From: Orbicella franksi
Taxonomy: Eukaryota
DNA length: 64,000 nucleotides
Direction: 5' to 3'
Assembly: GCA_964199315.1 (NCBI GenBank)
Contig: OZ116709.1
Coordinates: 12,772,001-12,836,000, forward strand
In this document: piece by piece, positions 15,401-30,400 of the stretch
How the letters are laid out: every line of letters begins with the position of its first letter
How positions within the stretch are numbered: position 1 is the stretch's first letter
The notes under the pieces: model-generated
The model's database searches: none
What the model was told of the DNA's origin: nothing
What the model saw: the letters and a program-made list of their open reading frames with translations, nothing else
Made by a program: the position numbers and the translations under genes

Positions 15401-18400
15401 CTTCAATTCAGCGACCTTCTTCTCCATGGCTTCCCTTTCAGGCGCATCCTCCAACGCGTCGACAACTCCTTGTCCGTTTTGAACAAGTTTCTCAAACACT
15501 GGATCTTGTAAAGCCAGGTCTCTTTGCAACGCCTCGTTCTCTTGCCGCTGAACTTGCACGGTTTCATGCAAAGCGGAAATGGGTTCTTGCTTTGCCAGTT
15601 GTTCTTCAAAAGCGTCTAGCTTGGCCATGAATTCGTCGAAAGAAACCTTCAAAAGAACACAATAATTGAAACAAACACAATGTCTTACAAGTACTATTTA
15701 AAACGTTTAAATTTCACGTGAGTTAAAGGAGCCTGGCAACAGTTTCCAACACTTTTCCAAGAGCTACACTTTCACAGATGAATACTAGGACTGTTTATCA
15801 AGTGATGTTACAATATTGGTATCACATAAATGCCAAGCCATTGGTGAAGCAATAATGATTATCTTAATAGCATGATAGACTACCATAGCAACAGTACAAC
15901 CTATTAAAAAGACCCTTAGCTTTAGCTTTAAGTGCTAATAACTCAAAAATGAGTACGGTGACCCCCACTTTTTTTATCATAAAATTAAGATGAAACTTTT
16001 GGTAAAGAAATGCGTGTAGTACAAGAACTGAACAAAGGTTCTGCAAGCGAACATCAGTTTGTACCTGGAACTCCTGTGAGCGCAGTAGAGCATTCTGTAG
16101 TTTGACTTGACGTTCAGCAAGTTTACGGAGAATTGCTTCAACTGGCGAAACGATCTTGTTCAGTTCACCTCTGACATCTCGCACCACTTGGGGATCTTCG
16201 CTGCTATCTGCAATGATTTCTTTGCCTGTGTCCTCCAGTGTGTCTAAAAAGGCTTTGTTTTTCGCGATTTCATCTCTCAAAGCCTGCAAGGTGAGAGGCA
16301 CTAGGTTACTTTACCGACGTTGATTGCTAAGAGCAAGTTGCACGAGTATTTTCTAACCAATCGGAGAACTCAATTTGAAAAATTCTCTACCAAGCATTTG
16401 ATATTGTTAAGCATAAAGCGTTAATGAGCTGATGAAGACACTACGTTTCAAGAATCCACTGCCCCATACATTGTTAGTGATTAGGGAGAGTTGTGACAAT
16501 TCAGATGTTAATAACGTTCAAAATTATCACTGACCTCTGCCTGTTGGAGCTGTTGTTTAACTACTTCCGGGTCGCTGCTGATTGGTTCCTGAGCTGCCAC
16601 AGCCTCCTCCACCCTAGGTAACCACTCCTCTAGGTTGTGCAAAGCATCCTGGAACTTCAGTGCTTTCTCGGTTTCTTTCTCGAGTTGATCTTTTTCATTG
16701 TTCAAGTTTTCCAGCAGGTCGTTGTATCGTCTGGTCACAGCATCCACTTCCTGGTTCACGCGAGGGACATCAGCGGATTTCGGATCCATAGCAGATGTCA
16801 GTTTATCACCAGCTTCCTTCAGATCGTTTACATCGGGTTCGGCGGCTCTAAGCGACGATAAAAGATCCTCGACCGCCTTGAGTTGGTCTTTACCTTTGTC
16901 CACATTTATACCAGTAGGCTCGCGGGAAGCCAGTGCCTTTTCTGTGCGTTCTAGAAGTTCTTCAGTAGGAGTTAAAGTCTTGTTGTATTTTTCTAAAGCG
17001 TCTTTCAAAGCTGACAAATTGTCTTCAAGCCTGGGTACTTCCGCAGACAAATTATCAAAGCGTTTTCTAACATCTTGTTCTTCTCCTTCGATTACATACC
17101 TGTCTGCACTACAACTGTTCGACAGAGATGAAGAAGTTTCTTTCGCGGTCTCAACAATTGGTTTGCGATCGGCAATCTCCTTCCTCAGTTCATCTAGTGT
17201 ATCTAGCTGTTTCTCAATGGATCTTAGGTCACAAGAATCTGGTTCTACAGCCTGCAGGCGTTTCTCAGCTTCATTCAGCCATGGTGTAATGTCCTGAATT
17301 TCACTGTGGAACTCTTTTGCAAGTGGCAGCACTTGATCTAGCCGTTCCTGTCGGTCAGCGGTCTGTTTTTTGACCGTCTCCCACCGTTGTGTAGCATCAT
17401 TTAGTTTATCCTCAAGAGCGTCCCTATCCGGGCCGGGCTCAGATGTGTCCAAAACATTTCGTCCTGCTCGAACAAGCTGCTCAAACAATGGCTCTTGCTG
17501 CTGAATGGTGTCATTAACGGGCTAAGGAAAAATAAAACACTACATCAAACCGTGGGAAAGTGAGACGTCAAGTACAAAACACAGACTTTTAAGAGAACAT
17601 GATATTTAAAATACGATCGTTACTAAAAACAACCACAACAGTTTTATTCATACAAACAAACAGCTTAACTTAACTACAAATACAAACAATAAAGTACAGT
17701 CGTATAGTCCAGGCAGGAGGTGAAGTAGGACAAAATATCTCTAAACACAGTGGAATCCCAATTTCTCGAACCTCCCGATAACTCCAACCAAAAGTCGTTC
17801 CCTCTCCTCAGTCGAACACTGTAATTTTACTCCCGATTTCTCGAACTCTCCGATTTTCCGAACTAATTTTCGTTTCCCTTGAAGGTTCGAAAAATCGGGA
17901 TTCCACTGAAATATCAAATATAAATATGCAGGGACTTGGTAACGATAAAGATCTCAAGTGCTAGGAATTTATTTACACTTTGCCTGTTCAAATGTAACGC
18001 GACTAAGGACAGAGTTACATTCAGAAAAGAGCCATGGCTGCAAAAGACAAACATTGTCTCTTTGCTTACCTTTTGCTGTTGACTTTGCTCCTTGACCGTG
18101 CTGTACACTCCAGACACTGGGGCCTGGAGAGCAATCTGTTCTTCCACTCGACCCAGTTTCTCCAGAAACTCGGCAAAGGAAACGTGAAACTCTTGACTCT
18201 GCAACAGAACATGCTGCAGTCGACCGACACGCTGATCTGCTCGAGCTGAGAGTTTGTCCAGTGCAGTGCGCACCTTGTAAAGTTTACTGTAAACATCGGC
18301 CACAACTGCTGGATCCTCTTGACTTCTTTCTATCAACTTCTGTCCCGCATTCTCGGCTGTTTGGAAGAGTGTCCTGTGCTTCGTGATGTCATCTTTGAGA

Positions 18401-21400
18401 ACCTTTTGCCAAGAAAGAAACAAATTGCTTTGGTATTAAAGATTCATCAAAATTTAATTAACCGCTTGAGACACGCACGTCTGGTCACGCATTTCTCGTG
18501 ATCATCTCCCGTGTATCGTTGTCTTATGCTAATCCCGCGGTTTGTCTTTCTCGATGACCCAAAACGGGATGACCAAAACTTTGCTGCTCTCCCTGCTTTA
18601 ATGACAGTAAGTTCGCTTAACAGTTACGCTGGCTAGTTCTAGGTGAAAGTAAAGTAAACAGAAGTACAGTCGAACTTAAGATCATTTCATCGAAGTGGAA
18701 TCATAAAGACCAGTGGGGCCTCTCGAGTAATAATAATCACAAACCTTAGAAAACATAACAACAAACAAATCTTTTCACACTACTCGAGATATAACACAGC
18801 TAAATACCACTCAGTGATATCGCTTAGGATAGAGAGATATATTATCTAGTTTACTTGCACGATAAGGTTGACACCCAAATAGTGCGAGCGAACAAAAATG
18901 TAACGTAATCTTTACCAAAGGCACCTGTTACCAACGCCGTTAGTACAAGTAACACAAGTTTTATTTCAAGGCAATAAAACGCCGCGCCATGCGAAAATTT
19001 TTTAAACACTTTCGAGCGATAAAGGCGGGAAATACAAGAGACTTGAAGGCGAAAGGACTCCACACAATGCTCGTTAATTGATTAAATTCCTGTAGACTCG
19101 GGATCTTCGGGCCGAGACAACTGTGACTTGTAAGTCAACCACAGTGATGGTTAACCTCAAGCAGAGATCTAACGGTTGACACCATCGAGAAATAGAAAGC
19201 ACACACACAGATCACTGTCGGCGGCACTCCAACAACAATGGCAAGGTTATAATTACCAGGATGAAGTCTTCACGTACGAAGCCAAGACTCGGGACCACGT
19301 TTGATGGAACAACAAACACTTCTCCACAAACCCTGCTTGATTTCCTTCGGTAAAATCGATGCTCTTTCAATCCGTTTTCATGCATGCTTAAGTTCTGTGT
19401 CTTTTGGCGTTCGTTTTGCACGTTATGCATCTGTTTTGGTACGAAATTTGGACCGCTTCAACCACAACAGCCCTTCAAATTGCGAGCGGCTTAAATTATT
19501 CATGAAATGCAAGCGCTTGTCATCTTTTAGATGTTGGACGAATATAACAATAAAATACCTGTTATGGTATTTAATTATTACTGGTGTCAAAGCGGCTTAA
19601 GTCTCAAAGGAGATGATTTGATCAAGCATACAGAGATATCATTGATCTGGAAAGGCGTGAAACCAAACACTTCTCACCAACTTTTGCAAATACCACTTGC
19701 ATTTCAACAACACAAACAGCAGCGAATCGCCGTGACTGCTGAAGACAACAAAACACAAGGGTTTTTTTTTCGTTGAGATTAAAACTAGAAAGGCTTACGC
19801 CCTTCTAATTATATGTTAATATGTGTTGTTAGCATTGTTTGTAATTTGCATCAAATGATTAGCGAGTAATTGAAGCAAGGAAGAGATTGCCCAACTTTGA
19901 CATGTCACGAACGGCTGAACGTAAAAAGATACGTCAGATAAAAGAGAGCAAACTTGTTCTCTAAAACGAATGGTCTTTTTATGCTGATAACAAAAAAACT
20001 AATCTTGAACCCTGTTCCATTAAGTTGCCTTGTGGAAACGTTAAGCGCTAAACAAGAAATTGAATAAAGAGCGTCAAAAAATCTTTTTCAAGATCAGTAT
20101 AACTTAATTTTCCACGCAAAAAGTGTTTATTGTAGCCTCCTCGAACCTCGAGGAGTTCGAGGACTTTAAACTACATTCCTACGTGTGATTACTGCACAAT
20201 TTCGCTCAGCAATACCAATGCATTGTCAAACTCCCACAACTTCAGAAATCAAAAATTTAACGAACGTTTGGAAATTTGTAAGGAAAATCACAATTAGTAT
20301 GCAAGAATAAAAATTCCGCGTTAAGCACTTATGACGGGTTAAACTTCGTTGCAGTGTTTCTACGGTTTGCCGGCCGTAGTTTAGTATAAAGATCCAATAA
20401 ACAACCATTGAACAGTCACAGTAAACCCTACAATGAGAGTTATTTCTGCTATCAAACTTCAAAGGACCATTTCAATGAACTTACGCGTTAAGGGTTCAAT
20501 AGATGGCAGACCACTTGTTTTGGGCCAATTACAACGAAGCCACTCTCGCGTTTCCTCTTACCCTCCCCCCCCCCCCCCCTCCCACCACCAGCTATAAAAC
20601 CAAAAAACAGCAAGTCAGTTATATTTGAACCAACCTGTGCTTCTTCCAGCTGTTTTCTGACTGTCTCAGGATCAGTACTGATGGGTTGTTGAGCAGAAAC
20701 ACGCTCCTCAGCCTCGGGTAGCCAAGCCTCTAGGTCCGCGAGCGAACCTTGGAACACACGAGCGTGTTGGACGTCTTCTTCCAGGTTGGCTTTGCGCGCA
20801 TTCAATTTTTCGATAAGATCTTTCTGTTTTTGGTCTGCTTGTGACACTTCTTCCCTAACTTGGGTAGCGTGGGGAGTCTTTTCGTCAACCTGCTGCATCA
20901 GGAGTGACAGGTTGTCATTCACTTCGTTCATTTCAGGTTCTTGCTCTTTAAGGACGGACAACAAGGCCTGGAAACCAGAAAACAAATCGATTAATTTATC
21001 GATCAATAGAAAATACAAATTCAGGCATCGCACGGCTACAACAGTTTTGGAGTATGGAGTAAATTATACAGGGTCCATTACATGATAACTATAAAAAATC
21101 ATACTGAAATTCTGTTACCTCGATTTTCCTGAGCTCTTCTTCTCCTTTCCCAGCATCCGTGAGATTCGAAAGAGGTGCATCTACCAACGCCTCAGCCTCG
21201 TCTAACCGCTCTTCGATTGGGTGAAGCTGATTGCTCAGTTGTTCCAGGATTCTAGACACGCTGTCCAGATGTTGCTGTCGTACCTTCAGATTAGCCGTTA
21301 GCACCTCCCATCTTTTGTTAGCATCCTTGGATTCGGCTTGGACCACCTGCACGTCATCGCACAGATCGTCCAGCTCACGAGAAGAATCATTTACGGCGTC

Positions 21401-24400
21401 AATCTCGGGCTTGCGTTCGTCCAGCTGCTGCACTAATGTGGCCAGTGTCTTTTGTTCCTTGGAAATACACTTCTCATCGCAAGAGACAGGTTCGAGCGAA
21501 TCAACCCAATTTTCTGCATCACTCATCCATGGCAGAAGCGATTGCAGCGAGTCATGATGTGTCTTTGCTACAACTGAAACGTCGTCGATTTTGGATTTAC
21601 GATCTTCAATCTTCGTCTTCACCGCATTCCACCGTGTGGAGAGGTCGCTTAATTTCTCTTTAAGTTCGTCTTTTTCCTCTCCCGGCTCAAGACTCTCCAA
21701 AATTTCGTCACCGGTTTTAGAGACCTTTTCAAATACTGGCTCGAGCTGTTTGACATCGGCAGTGGCGTGCTCAATCTCTTCGCTCTGATCGCGTAACACA
21801 TCATACTGAGAAGACACAGGTCCCATTTTAGCTACATCATCTTCCAACTTAGCCAGCTTGTCAGCAAAATCATCCAGCGTTTCTTGGAATTCTTGCGATT
21901 GTAAAACGGCGGCTTGCAGCATGTTGTGTTTTTCATCAACTTTAGCTGAAAGCAATTCCAGTGAAGCCGTCGCTTTATGTATCTTGTTGTTTACCTCCAT
22001 TAGGACTGCCGGTTCGTTGTCACAGCATTCTACAAGCCGTTCTCCAGCCTCATCAGCAGACTCGAGAATGTATTTGTGCTTCACAATGTCTTCCTGGATG
22101 TGTTCAATTTCATCCAGCTGGCTTTTCACAACACCAGGATTAGTTCTTATCACATGGATGGTCTCAATCACGATGGTTATCTCCTCAGTCCAGGTTATCA
22201 GCACCTCGTATTTTTCCGTAAATTCTATTATCAAGACGACAATTTTCTCCAGCTGTGCTTTGCGGTCTCTACTTTTGACAAGAGCGTCATTGAACGAATC
22301 ACTCACTTTACGTAACTGTTGCTTCAACATCACAGCGTCGATGGCCTCTGGATTCATTCCCTGAAGTAGCTTGTCGCCAAGCTCCTGCATTTCTTTGTGT
22401 CGAGGCTCGGATTTCTCGAGATCTTCCACGACTTGCTGCACCTTTTCGAGCTCTTCCTTGCTCCTAGCGACGTCAAGATCGGTTGGTTGCTGGCATTCGA
22501 GCGTTGATTCCGCCTTCTGTACAACTTGTTCTACAGTGTCCAATGCATCAAGGTACTCATCAACAGTGTCCTTAGCAGTTTGAAGCTCCGATTCTTTTGT
22601 CTCGATGTCTTTTAGAAGTTCCTCCCAGCGACGGTTAAGATCCTTAATTTGAACTTCTACAAAGTAACTGTTATCTTTGCACTTGTCCTTCAAAGATTCA
22701 GCGGTGTTGTTCAGCGACTCATGATCCGGTCTTTGGCTCTGTATGGCTTTTTTGAGATCTTCTAAGGCTTTTTGCTGTTGGCTTAGCTCTTCTGGGCTCA
22801 CAGAGTCGGTGTTGACGGCTCCGAGTTTTCTCTCCGTCTCTGAGAGCCACAAGTCAAACTTTTGCCCGCCAGTGTGGAAAGATTTTGCATCAGGAATCAC
22901 AGACGCGACGTTGCTGTCACGCTCTGTGGCTCTGCTCTTAACATTTTCCCATTTTTCCTTCAGGTCATCTAACTTCTGTTGTAAAGTATCTCTGTCTTTT
23001 CCAGGATCTGAAGCTTCCAGAACCTTTTCTCCTGCAACGAGCAATTTCTCCAGCACAGGCTGCATCTGGGCAACGGAGTCACTTAACTCCTCTGTCTCGT
23101 CCTTTTGACGTCTTGTTGCAGGGTAGTCTGGTGAAATTGGCTCCTGGCTTTGAAGCATTTCGTCGAGTGTCCCTAACCGAGCATCAAAATCATCGTACGC
23201 CTCTTGGAACTCTTGTGATTGCAATACGGCATCATGCAGTCTTAAACTTCTCTGTTCCAACTTAGCGTTGAGCTTGTCAAGTGGCTGGCGAGCTTTCTCA
23301 ATCTTGTTTTGAATGTCGAATACAGCGTCTGGATTCTGCATGCTGTCTTCAATCAAACGCTGACCTGTCTCCTCCACAACACACAAGCGTACCAGGTATC
23401 GTTTCACTTCTTCGAGCAGTCCGTCAGTCTCCCTGATTTGTTCTTTCAGTTTTTCAGGTTCTGAACTCACTGGTTCTAGTACATCAACAGTTTCAACAGT
23501 TTCTGGAAGCCATTGTTCTATCTCTTCAAGCGACGAATTAAACTTCAAAGTGGCTTCTAGCGTCTTCTCGAGCTCCTTTTGTCTGTCGCTAAGCCTCGCT
23601 GGTAGATCTTTAGATTTGTTGTTTGTGTTTACAAGCTGTTCTTTCACACTCAGCGCTGAAGGTGCGTCGTCCTCGGCTTGTTGAAGAAGTTGTTGACCTG
23701 ACTGATTCAGCTGTTTTATATCTCCTTTCCTCTCATCTAGAGTCGACACCAGGGCCTTTATCTGCTCTAATTCTTGTCGGAGTTTATCAGCGTCAGTTCC
23801 CGCAGGCTCATGGGATGCCAAAGCATCTTCCGCTTGAGTGAAAGCTTCCTGTACGGGCTGCAAAGCACTCTGGTACTTCTCAATCGCCTCCTTAGCTTCT
23901 TCAACCTTGGCTTTCTTCTCAAGCACAGCGGCCTGTAAAGCCTCCCATCGACTCTTCAACTCGTTGAAGTCAGCCTTGATGACATCTCCATCAGCTTGTG
24001 CCAAGCTGGTTAGAGTGTTGGCTGACTCTCCCAGCTCATCGAAGTCAGGCTTGTGAGACTGTATGTCAGCGGAAACTGCTTCAATTTCTTTCAGACTTTC
24101 ATCTAATTCGTGCTCGTCGCATGACACAGGATAGATCTTGCTCGCTTTCTTCTCCGCGTCTTGAAGCCATTCTCTGAAGGCTTCTCCCCTAAGGTCATAT
24201 TTCTGCGAGGCTTCATGAACCTCCTGCACGCATTTCTGGATCTCAGCTGTTTTTTCCTTGACTTCGTTCCACCGTGTCTTCATCTGCTCCACTTTCTCCT
24301 GCTGGGCATCCTTCTCGCTACCGGGTTCCATCCTTTCCAGCATCTCAAGCCCATCGTCTAAGATCTTCTCAAACACGGGCTGCTTTCGGGCGATGTTATC

Positions 24401-27400
24401 GCTAACGTTACGTTGAATGCGCTCTTTCTGCTCGCTCACGATTTCCAGGACGGCAGAAATAGGTCTGAAGTTGTTCACTTCATCTTCCATCTCGGCGAGT
24501 TTGGATACAAACTCGTCAAACATCACGTCGTAAACCTGGATCTGGAGCAAAATGTTCTGTAAAATGGCGTGGCGTTGTTCAATTCTCGCGTCTAAGCGAT
24601 CCAACTGAACCCGAACCTTTGTCAGTTTCCCCTGCACGTCTGCTACTACCAGCGGGTTATCACTGCTGTTCTCTATGATGACCTTACCAAGATCATTAGT
24701 GCGGTCTAGTGCAGTCCGTTGCTTAGCTATCTCGTTCTGCAAGGCCTGTTGAAAAAAAAAAGCGAGTAAGACTTAATGGCATCCAACATAGCTAAAAATA
24801 ATCATGGGAGAATCTTTGTTTACAATATGTAACTATTTAGCATAAGCGATAGAGTTTCTGACGGAACTGCAAAAGCATTAGTTCTGAATATAGAAAGGAC
24901 ACAAAACTGTCCCATGGAATTTGAGCTCGATTTATTGAATACTCTTTGTTCGACGCGGGTTTCAAAACTCAAAATTTTATAAAGAAGGTACGAACTCATT
25001 AGCGATTTTGCCATCGATTAGCCAAAAGGACTTGAACTTAGATTTTATTGATTTCAACATGATGCGTGCCTAAGAACAAAGAAAGACTGAGCAAATCCTT
25101 TCGTACACAGAGTACATTTTGTAGCACAAACGCAAACCAAAAACCCGTTAACTGTGGTACATATAACTTGTCTTTACTAACCTCAGTTTGTTCTAGTCTT
25201 TTGTTCACAACCTTGGGATTGGTACTAATGGGTTCTTGCATGGCTGTACTCTCAGACACCTCCGTCACCCACAGTTCAAGTTCTCTGATTTGTTGTTGGA
25301 ATGCGGAGCTGTCCTGGATGATCCTCTCCAACTGAGCCTGCTGTTCTGTCAGCTGATTCTTGAGGTCAGCGTACCTGTCTGGAATCTCCTTGACTTCTTG
25401 CCTCAGTGACGATACCTCTGGAGACGACGAGTCTGCATTCAAGACGAGGTTTTGGCCCACTTTCATTGCCTGTTTCATGTCTGCTTCACGATTGGCCATC
25501 AAGGTAAGTAAGGCCTGTTGATGGTTTGGGAAAAAAAACAAAGATAGAACGAAGCTTACTACATTTGCTGTTAAGCGGAGAGAATAGACCGTTTTCGTAT
25601 GCTCGGCACTGGACTGGAACTAGCTTGCAACTGAGGCTACTGTGGGGGAGTCTTTTCAAATGCACATGTTTATCTCTTTTTAATGGTATTCCCCGGATGA
25701 GCCTCCATTACGAGCTAGTTCCAGTCCAATACCGAGAATACGAAAATGACCTATTCTTTAGTTTTCAAGTTTGCGCTGTCACGTGACGCACGTAAAATTA
25801 CACGTTTAACCGGCCAACTACAGGTCCGAGCATTATCACGAAAAATAACCTCATAAAATTTACCAAGACCTTTTAAGAAATTTATGAGCTGATTTCTTGT
25901 ATAAAGGATGTTTGTATTTTTTGTCGACTTCACGTAGCAGTAGCAGAATGGGTAATACAAGCGAAAACTCATCCTGTAGCCAGCACTTATGTTTATTTTT
26001 CGGATTAAATTTGTATTAGGATGGTAACAGAAGTTTACGAGTTTGTATTGCACAAGAAATAAGCAAGAACTCTTCCATATACTTCCTATATAAGTAATAA
26101 CATAATTAGAGAAAAGATCTGGTATTGTTTTGGGCGTTCTGCGTGTATCAGGGTAAAAAGATTACAATCAGGTACCTTTGTGTTGTTTAGTTCTTGTTTC
26201 GCTCGTTCAATGTTTGATCCAATTGCCTCCACGGGTACAATGGCGTCTTCTGCCCATGCGTACAGAGCACGAACAGGTCTCTGAGCCTTCTGATATTCCT
26301 CTGCAATCTCCTTGACATTGTTGATCTGATCCAATCTGGCCTTCAAACGTAACGTAACGCTATCCCACATCTTGGTCACGTACTGTAACTGCGCCTCCAC
26401 GACATACACATCATCTGGCTGGCTTGCAATCACTTCTACAGCGATCTCCTTCACAGCATCAAAATCCGGCTTGTGGTTCTCGTAATCTGTCATCAGCGCC
26501 TCAGCATGCTCTAGTTGTTTGACTATCATCTTAGTGTCACATGATACAGGGCTCTGCGCGGATATTTTGCTTTCCAGTTCTGTCAACCAAGCAACAAAAT
26601 CTTCGACCTTCTCGTGGTACTTGTAAAGGACTGGCGCGCGCTCATCGAGCTCAGTTTGTCGATTATTGACTTTATCTTCGACATCAGCCCACTTTGCTTT
26701 CACGTCTTCGAATCTTGTTTTCAACGCTTCTCGGTCTGGACTAGGCTCGGCGTTCTCTAAAACGCTTTCCACGCGAGAAATCAGTTCGTCGGCGAGATTG
26801 TCTAAATCTTTAACATCGTCCTTCATGATCTGTGAAAATAACAAAGAAATCACTTCAGAAGCCACGGCAGCCGATTGCCTGATTTGCGCTGTAATTGTTC
26901 TCTTGAATGTTTAGCGTTTAACCGGTACGTATTCAAGTAAAGTTATGTGCTTCTAACTTTCAGGTCTGTGGATGAAACTCTAGTGCGTGACCATTTAAAT
27001 GAAAGTAAATGAGCAACACTTTCGTGTGGTGCTATTTATTATACTATGTAAGGTAGGTACCTTTAAGGCTGTGAATGAAAATGTTGTGTGTGAATCAAAA
27101 GCTTCTAAAAAGTACTTTCGCTTTCTATAGTTTTTTAACTATAAAGCCTGCGGAAGAAATCCTAGTATTTAACCACTGTAATGTGGTCTCGTTTGTTTTC
27201 TGATATTTTGCCAGTTAAATTTGGGATTTAAGTTTAATTTTGAGAACGGTAGTGAAGAGATAAAAGATTTGTACCTCAAACTGGCGCTCTTGCTCCTTCA
27301 GCGTGTCACGGACCACAGAGATGGGACGCATACCAGCGAGCTGCTCTTCAATCCTACTCAAGTCGTCAACAAACTCAGCGAAAGTCACCTCTACACTCTG

Positions 27401-30400
27401 GCTCTCAATGACTGCGCTTTGCAGACGAGAATGCCGCTGATCTAATTTAGCTGTTAAACGATCCATCTTGGCTTGACACTCGCTTAGAATAGTCACCACA
27501 TCAATCACCATATTTTCATCTTCTTTGCTGTGCTCCATCATCCACTCGCCTTCAGTTTGTGCACTTCTGAGAAGATACGTCTTCTCTTGAACTTCATTCT
27601 GCAACTCCTCGGCTTCAGCTAACTGCTGTTTGAGTTTCCTGGGTTCGGTGCTGATCGGTTCTAGTTTCTCAACGACATCGCCGAAAGTTTCAAACCAGTT
27701 TTTAAGTTCTTGGATGTTCTCCCTGAAAGGCACAAGGTGTTGATTGTGTTTTTCCAGTTGTGCCCTGCGTTTCTGCAGATGGTCTCTCGTGACGCGGAAT
27801 CGCATGTACAGGGTATCCACCTGGTTTCTGATGATCACAGCATCTGGGGAGTCATCTTCCAGAGTGTCAAGCAAGTCCATTCCAACACTTTGAATCAGCT
27901 CTAACTCTTCCTCTTGATCTGTAAAAGCATCTAATATATCCTGTATAAGGACCAGCCTCTCAGCAATTCCATCAGCATCCATCAGTGACGTTTTGTAGGC
28001 GAAGACGATAACACCTTGCACCACAAGCTCCTCCACAGCATGTACGCGGTAGTTGAAGTTTTCTAGGAGTTGTTTAATTCTCTCGAGGTTGTTTGCTTTC
28101 TCTTTGAGGATGTTCTGAAGCGAGGCAAATCGATTCTTCACGTCTTGGACTTGTGAGTTGACGATATTGACGTCTTCTGGGTTGAACTCCAACAAAGACC
28201 GCGCGATGTGATCTAATTCACTGAGAGAGCTCTCCTTTTCAACAACCTCACCCTCCATCTCCCTGAGAAGTTCTTCGTACTTTTGAGGACCTTTCCTATC
28301 GCAGGGTACATACTTTAAGAGGGCTGTATTCCTCTCAGCAGTCACTAACCAAGACAGGAAGTTTTGAAGGTCTTCGCCGTACTCTTGAGCTACAGGTTCT
28401 ATCTGATCCAGCAAGGCTTTGCGGTCAGTGGCGTTCTTTTGAACCTTGTCCCATCTGTTTTGTATCTGGCCCATTTTCTGCTCCACTTTGTCTCGCTCTT
28501 TACCAGGCTCCGTCGCTTGGAGGACTTCATTAGCTGACTTCTTTAAGACGACCAGCACAGGCTCATGTTGTTGTACGTCTTCAAAGACAGGCTGATAAGA
28601 GACATGACAGGTATCAACACGGTAAAAGCGAACATTTTAATTAGAGCAGATTTGTATTCGAGTTCAGTGTGTTTATCTTGGGATGTCTGGGTCGTTTTGG
28701 TTCGCTTTTATATTCACACAGACGGAGATACAAACAAAGAATGGATAAAACCCGAACAAGGAAGAAGTTTGTTTCTGTTAACTACACATTTATTCCAAGA
28801 AACGACTCAATACTTCAAAACAAAGCTCTCGCCTGCATAACTAGAGTCAAGTTATGTAGGGAGTTGACTGTATCAAAGACGCGACGTTAACGACACGCTT
28901 AGTAACTTTTTGCAGAGTACAAATCAAGCAGCAACTCCAAATAATTATTCGCTATGGCGGAGAAACACCCAGGAGATTATAGTGAACCTAAAAGGATATA
29001 GATGGTTCAGATTGCTCAAGAAAATCACACGATATACTAGGCAACCTCGACAACAGTTAGGAAAAATCCTAACTTTACTTACCACGTGATCCTTCTTGAG
29101 TTCTCGAATAGAGTCCGTGTCTGACGTCACAGGAGGCTGAGAAGCAAGCCTGTCTTCCGCACCGTTCAGCCAGATGAGGAAGTCATTTGACGCAGCCTTG
29201 AACTCCTTGGACTGCATCAGAGCGCACTTCAAAGCGTTTTCCCGCTCAGTGTTGATAGCCATCAGTTCGTCCAATGCTTCTTTCGACACCTTGACTCTGG
29301 TTTTCATTTCCTCCTCCTCCTGATGGCCTGGGTTACAGTTAGCAGCCAGCCAATCAGCAGCCTCCTGAGCACTGTCAAGGGAGACACGGTCATCAACAAG
29401 CGCGGACTGTAGCTGTTCAGCGTCCTGGAGTTGTTCCTGGATCACCTCTGGTTCGCTGCTAACAGGGGCAAGACTGGAAATCTCTTCCTTGATCTTCGGG
29501 ATTTTCCTTTCAATTTGCCTAGTGTTCGTCGTGTACATGACAATGTAGTGAACGACTCTCTCCATAAAATCTTCTCTCTCGTGTAACTTGGTTTCTAGCG
29601 TATTGTACTTCTGGTGGACGGCTGCCACGTTTTCTTGCCATTCAGGAGAACTAGTCTTCTCTGTTAAAGCTTTTCCGTACCTTTCAAGGTCTTTCAGCTC
29701 CGGTCGGCGGTTATTCAAAAGCACGATGGCTTTCTGCAAGGAATGCAAAAGAATAAAAGTCAACATTAGTTATGCAATGCTCTCTCGTGGAATACCACGG
29801 AATATACCACGGAATATACCACGAGTCACTTATATTTTTTCGGTATACACAAGGCATAGAAAATTCAGTGGTCAACACAATCAACGCGCGCGGCGCATGA
29901 TGGGAAGGTTGGACGTACTACCGTCGAATGCACAATGGCTCACCTGTATTCTGATTGGCTGTAATTTCTATGGCATAGTATAAATAGCTATATACAATAT
30001 TTCTCGTAAAGGTAGACGTGGAGCATTTTACGTAGCCTCTGTCATTGTAATCTCACTAAAATAAATATATAAAGTTTGAATCGAACAAAACAATTCAGTA
30101 AAAGAGTGTTTCGGATTTGTAATATATTTGGAAATGACAAGAAAAACTCGGTTACAAAATGCAACAGCGAGTTAGTATTCCAGGAAACTCTATACGTTCT
30201 CTTTCTCTTGCACTTCAGATGGCCCACTCATTCCAAATTGACGGGTCACTAATCTGACCAATGTTCGTTTGCTCTCTTACCTTAATCTCGGCAAGTTCCT
30301 GTTTAGCTTTATTTGGATCCATCACCAACATGTACTCAACAACCACAATCTGCTCGATCTCTACGAGAGTCTTCTGAGTGACGCGAAGCACCACTTGAAA

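Noticed and set aside
18851-19776. Short ORFs in the long intron as a nested gene or transposase
   Set aside because: All under 100 aa, no recognisable motifs, and no consistent splice chain.
20563-20590. Poly-C/G tract (also G-rich patches at 53620-53730) as a functional G-quadruplex
   Set aside because: Short homopolymer or MITE-derived tracts with no positional or conservation support.
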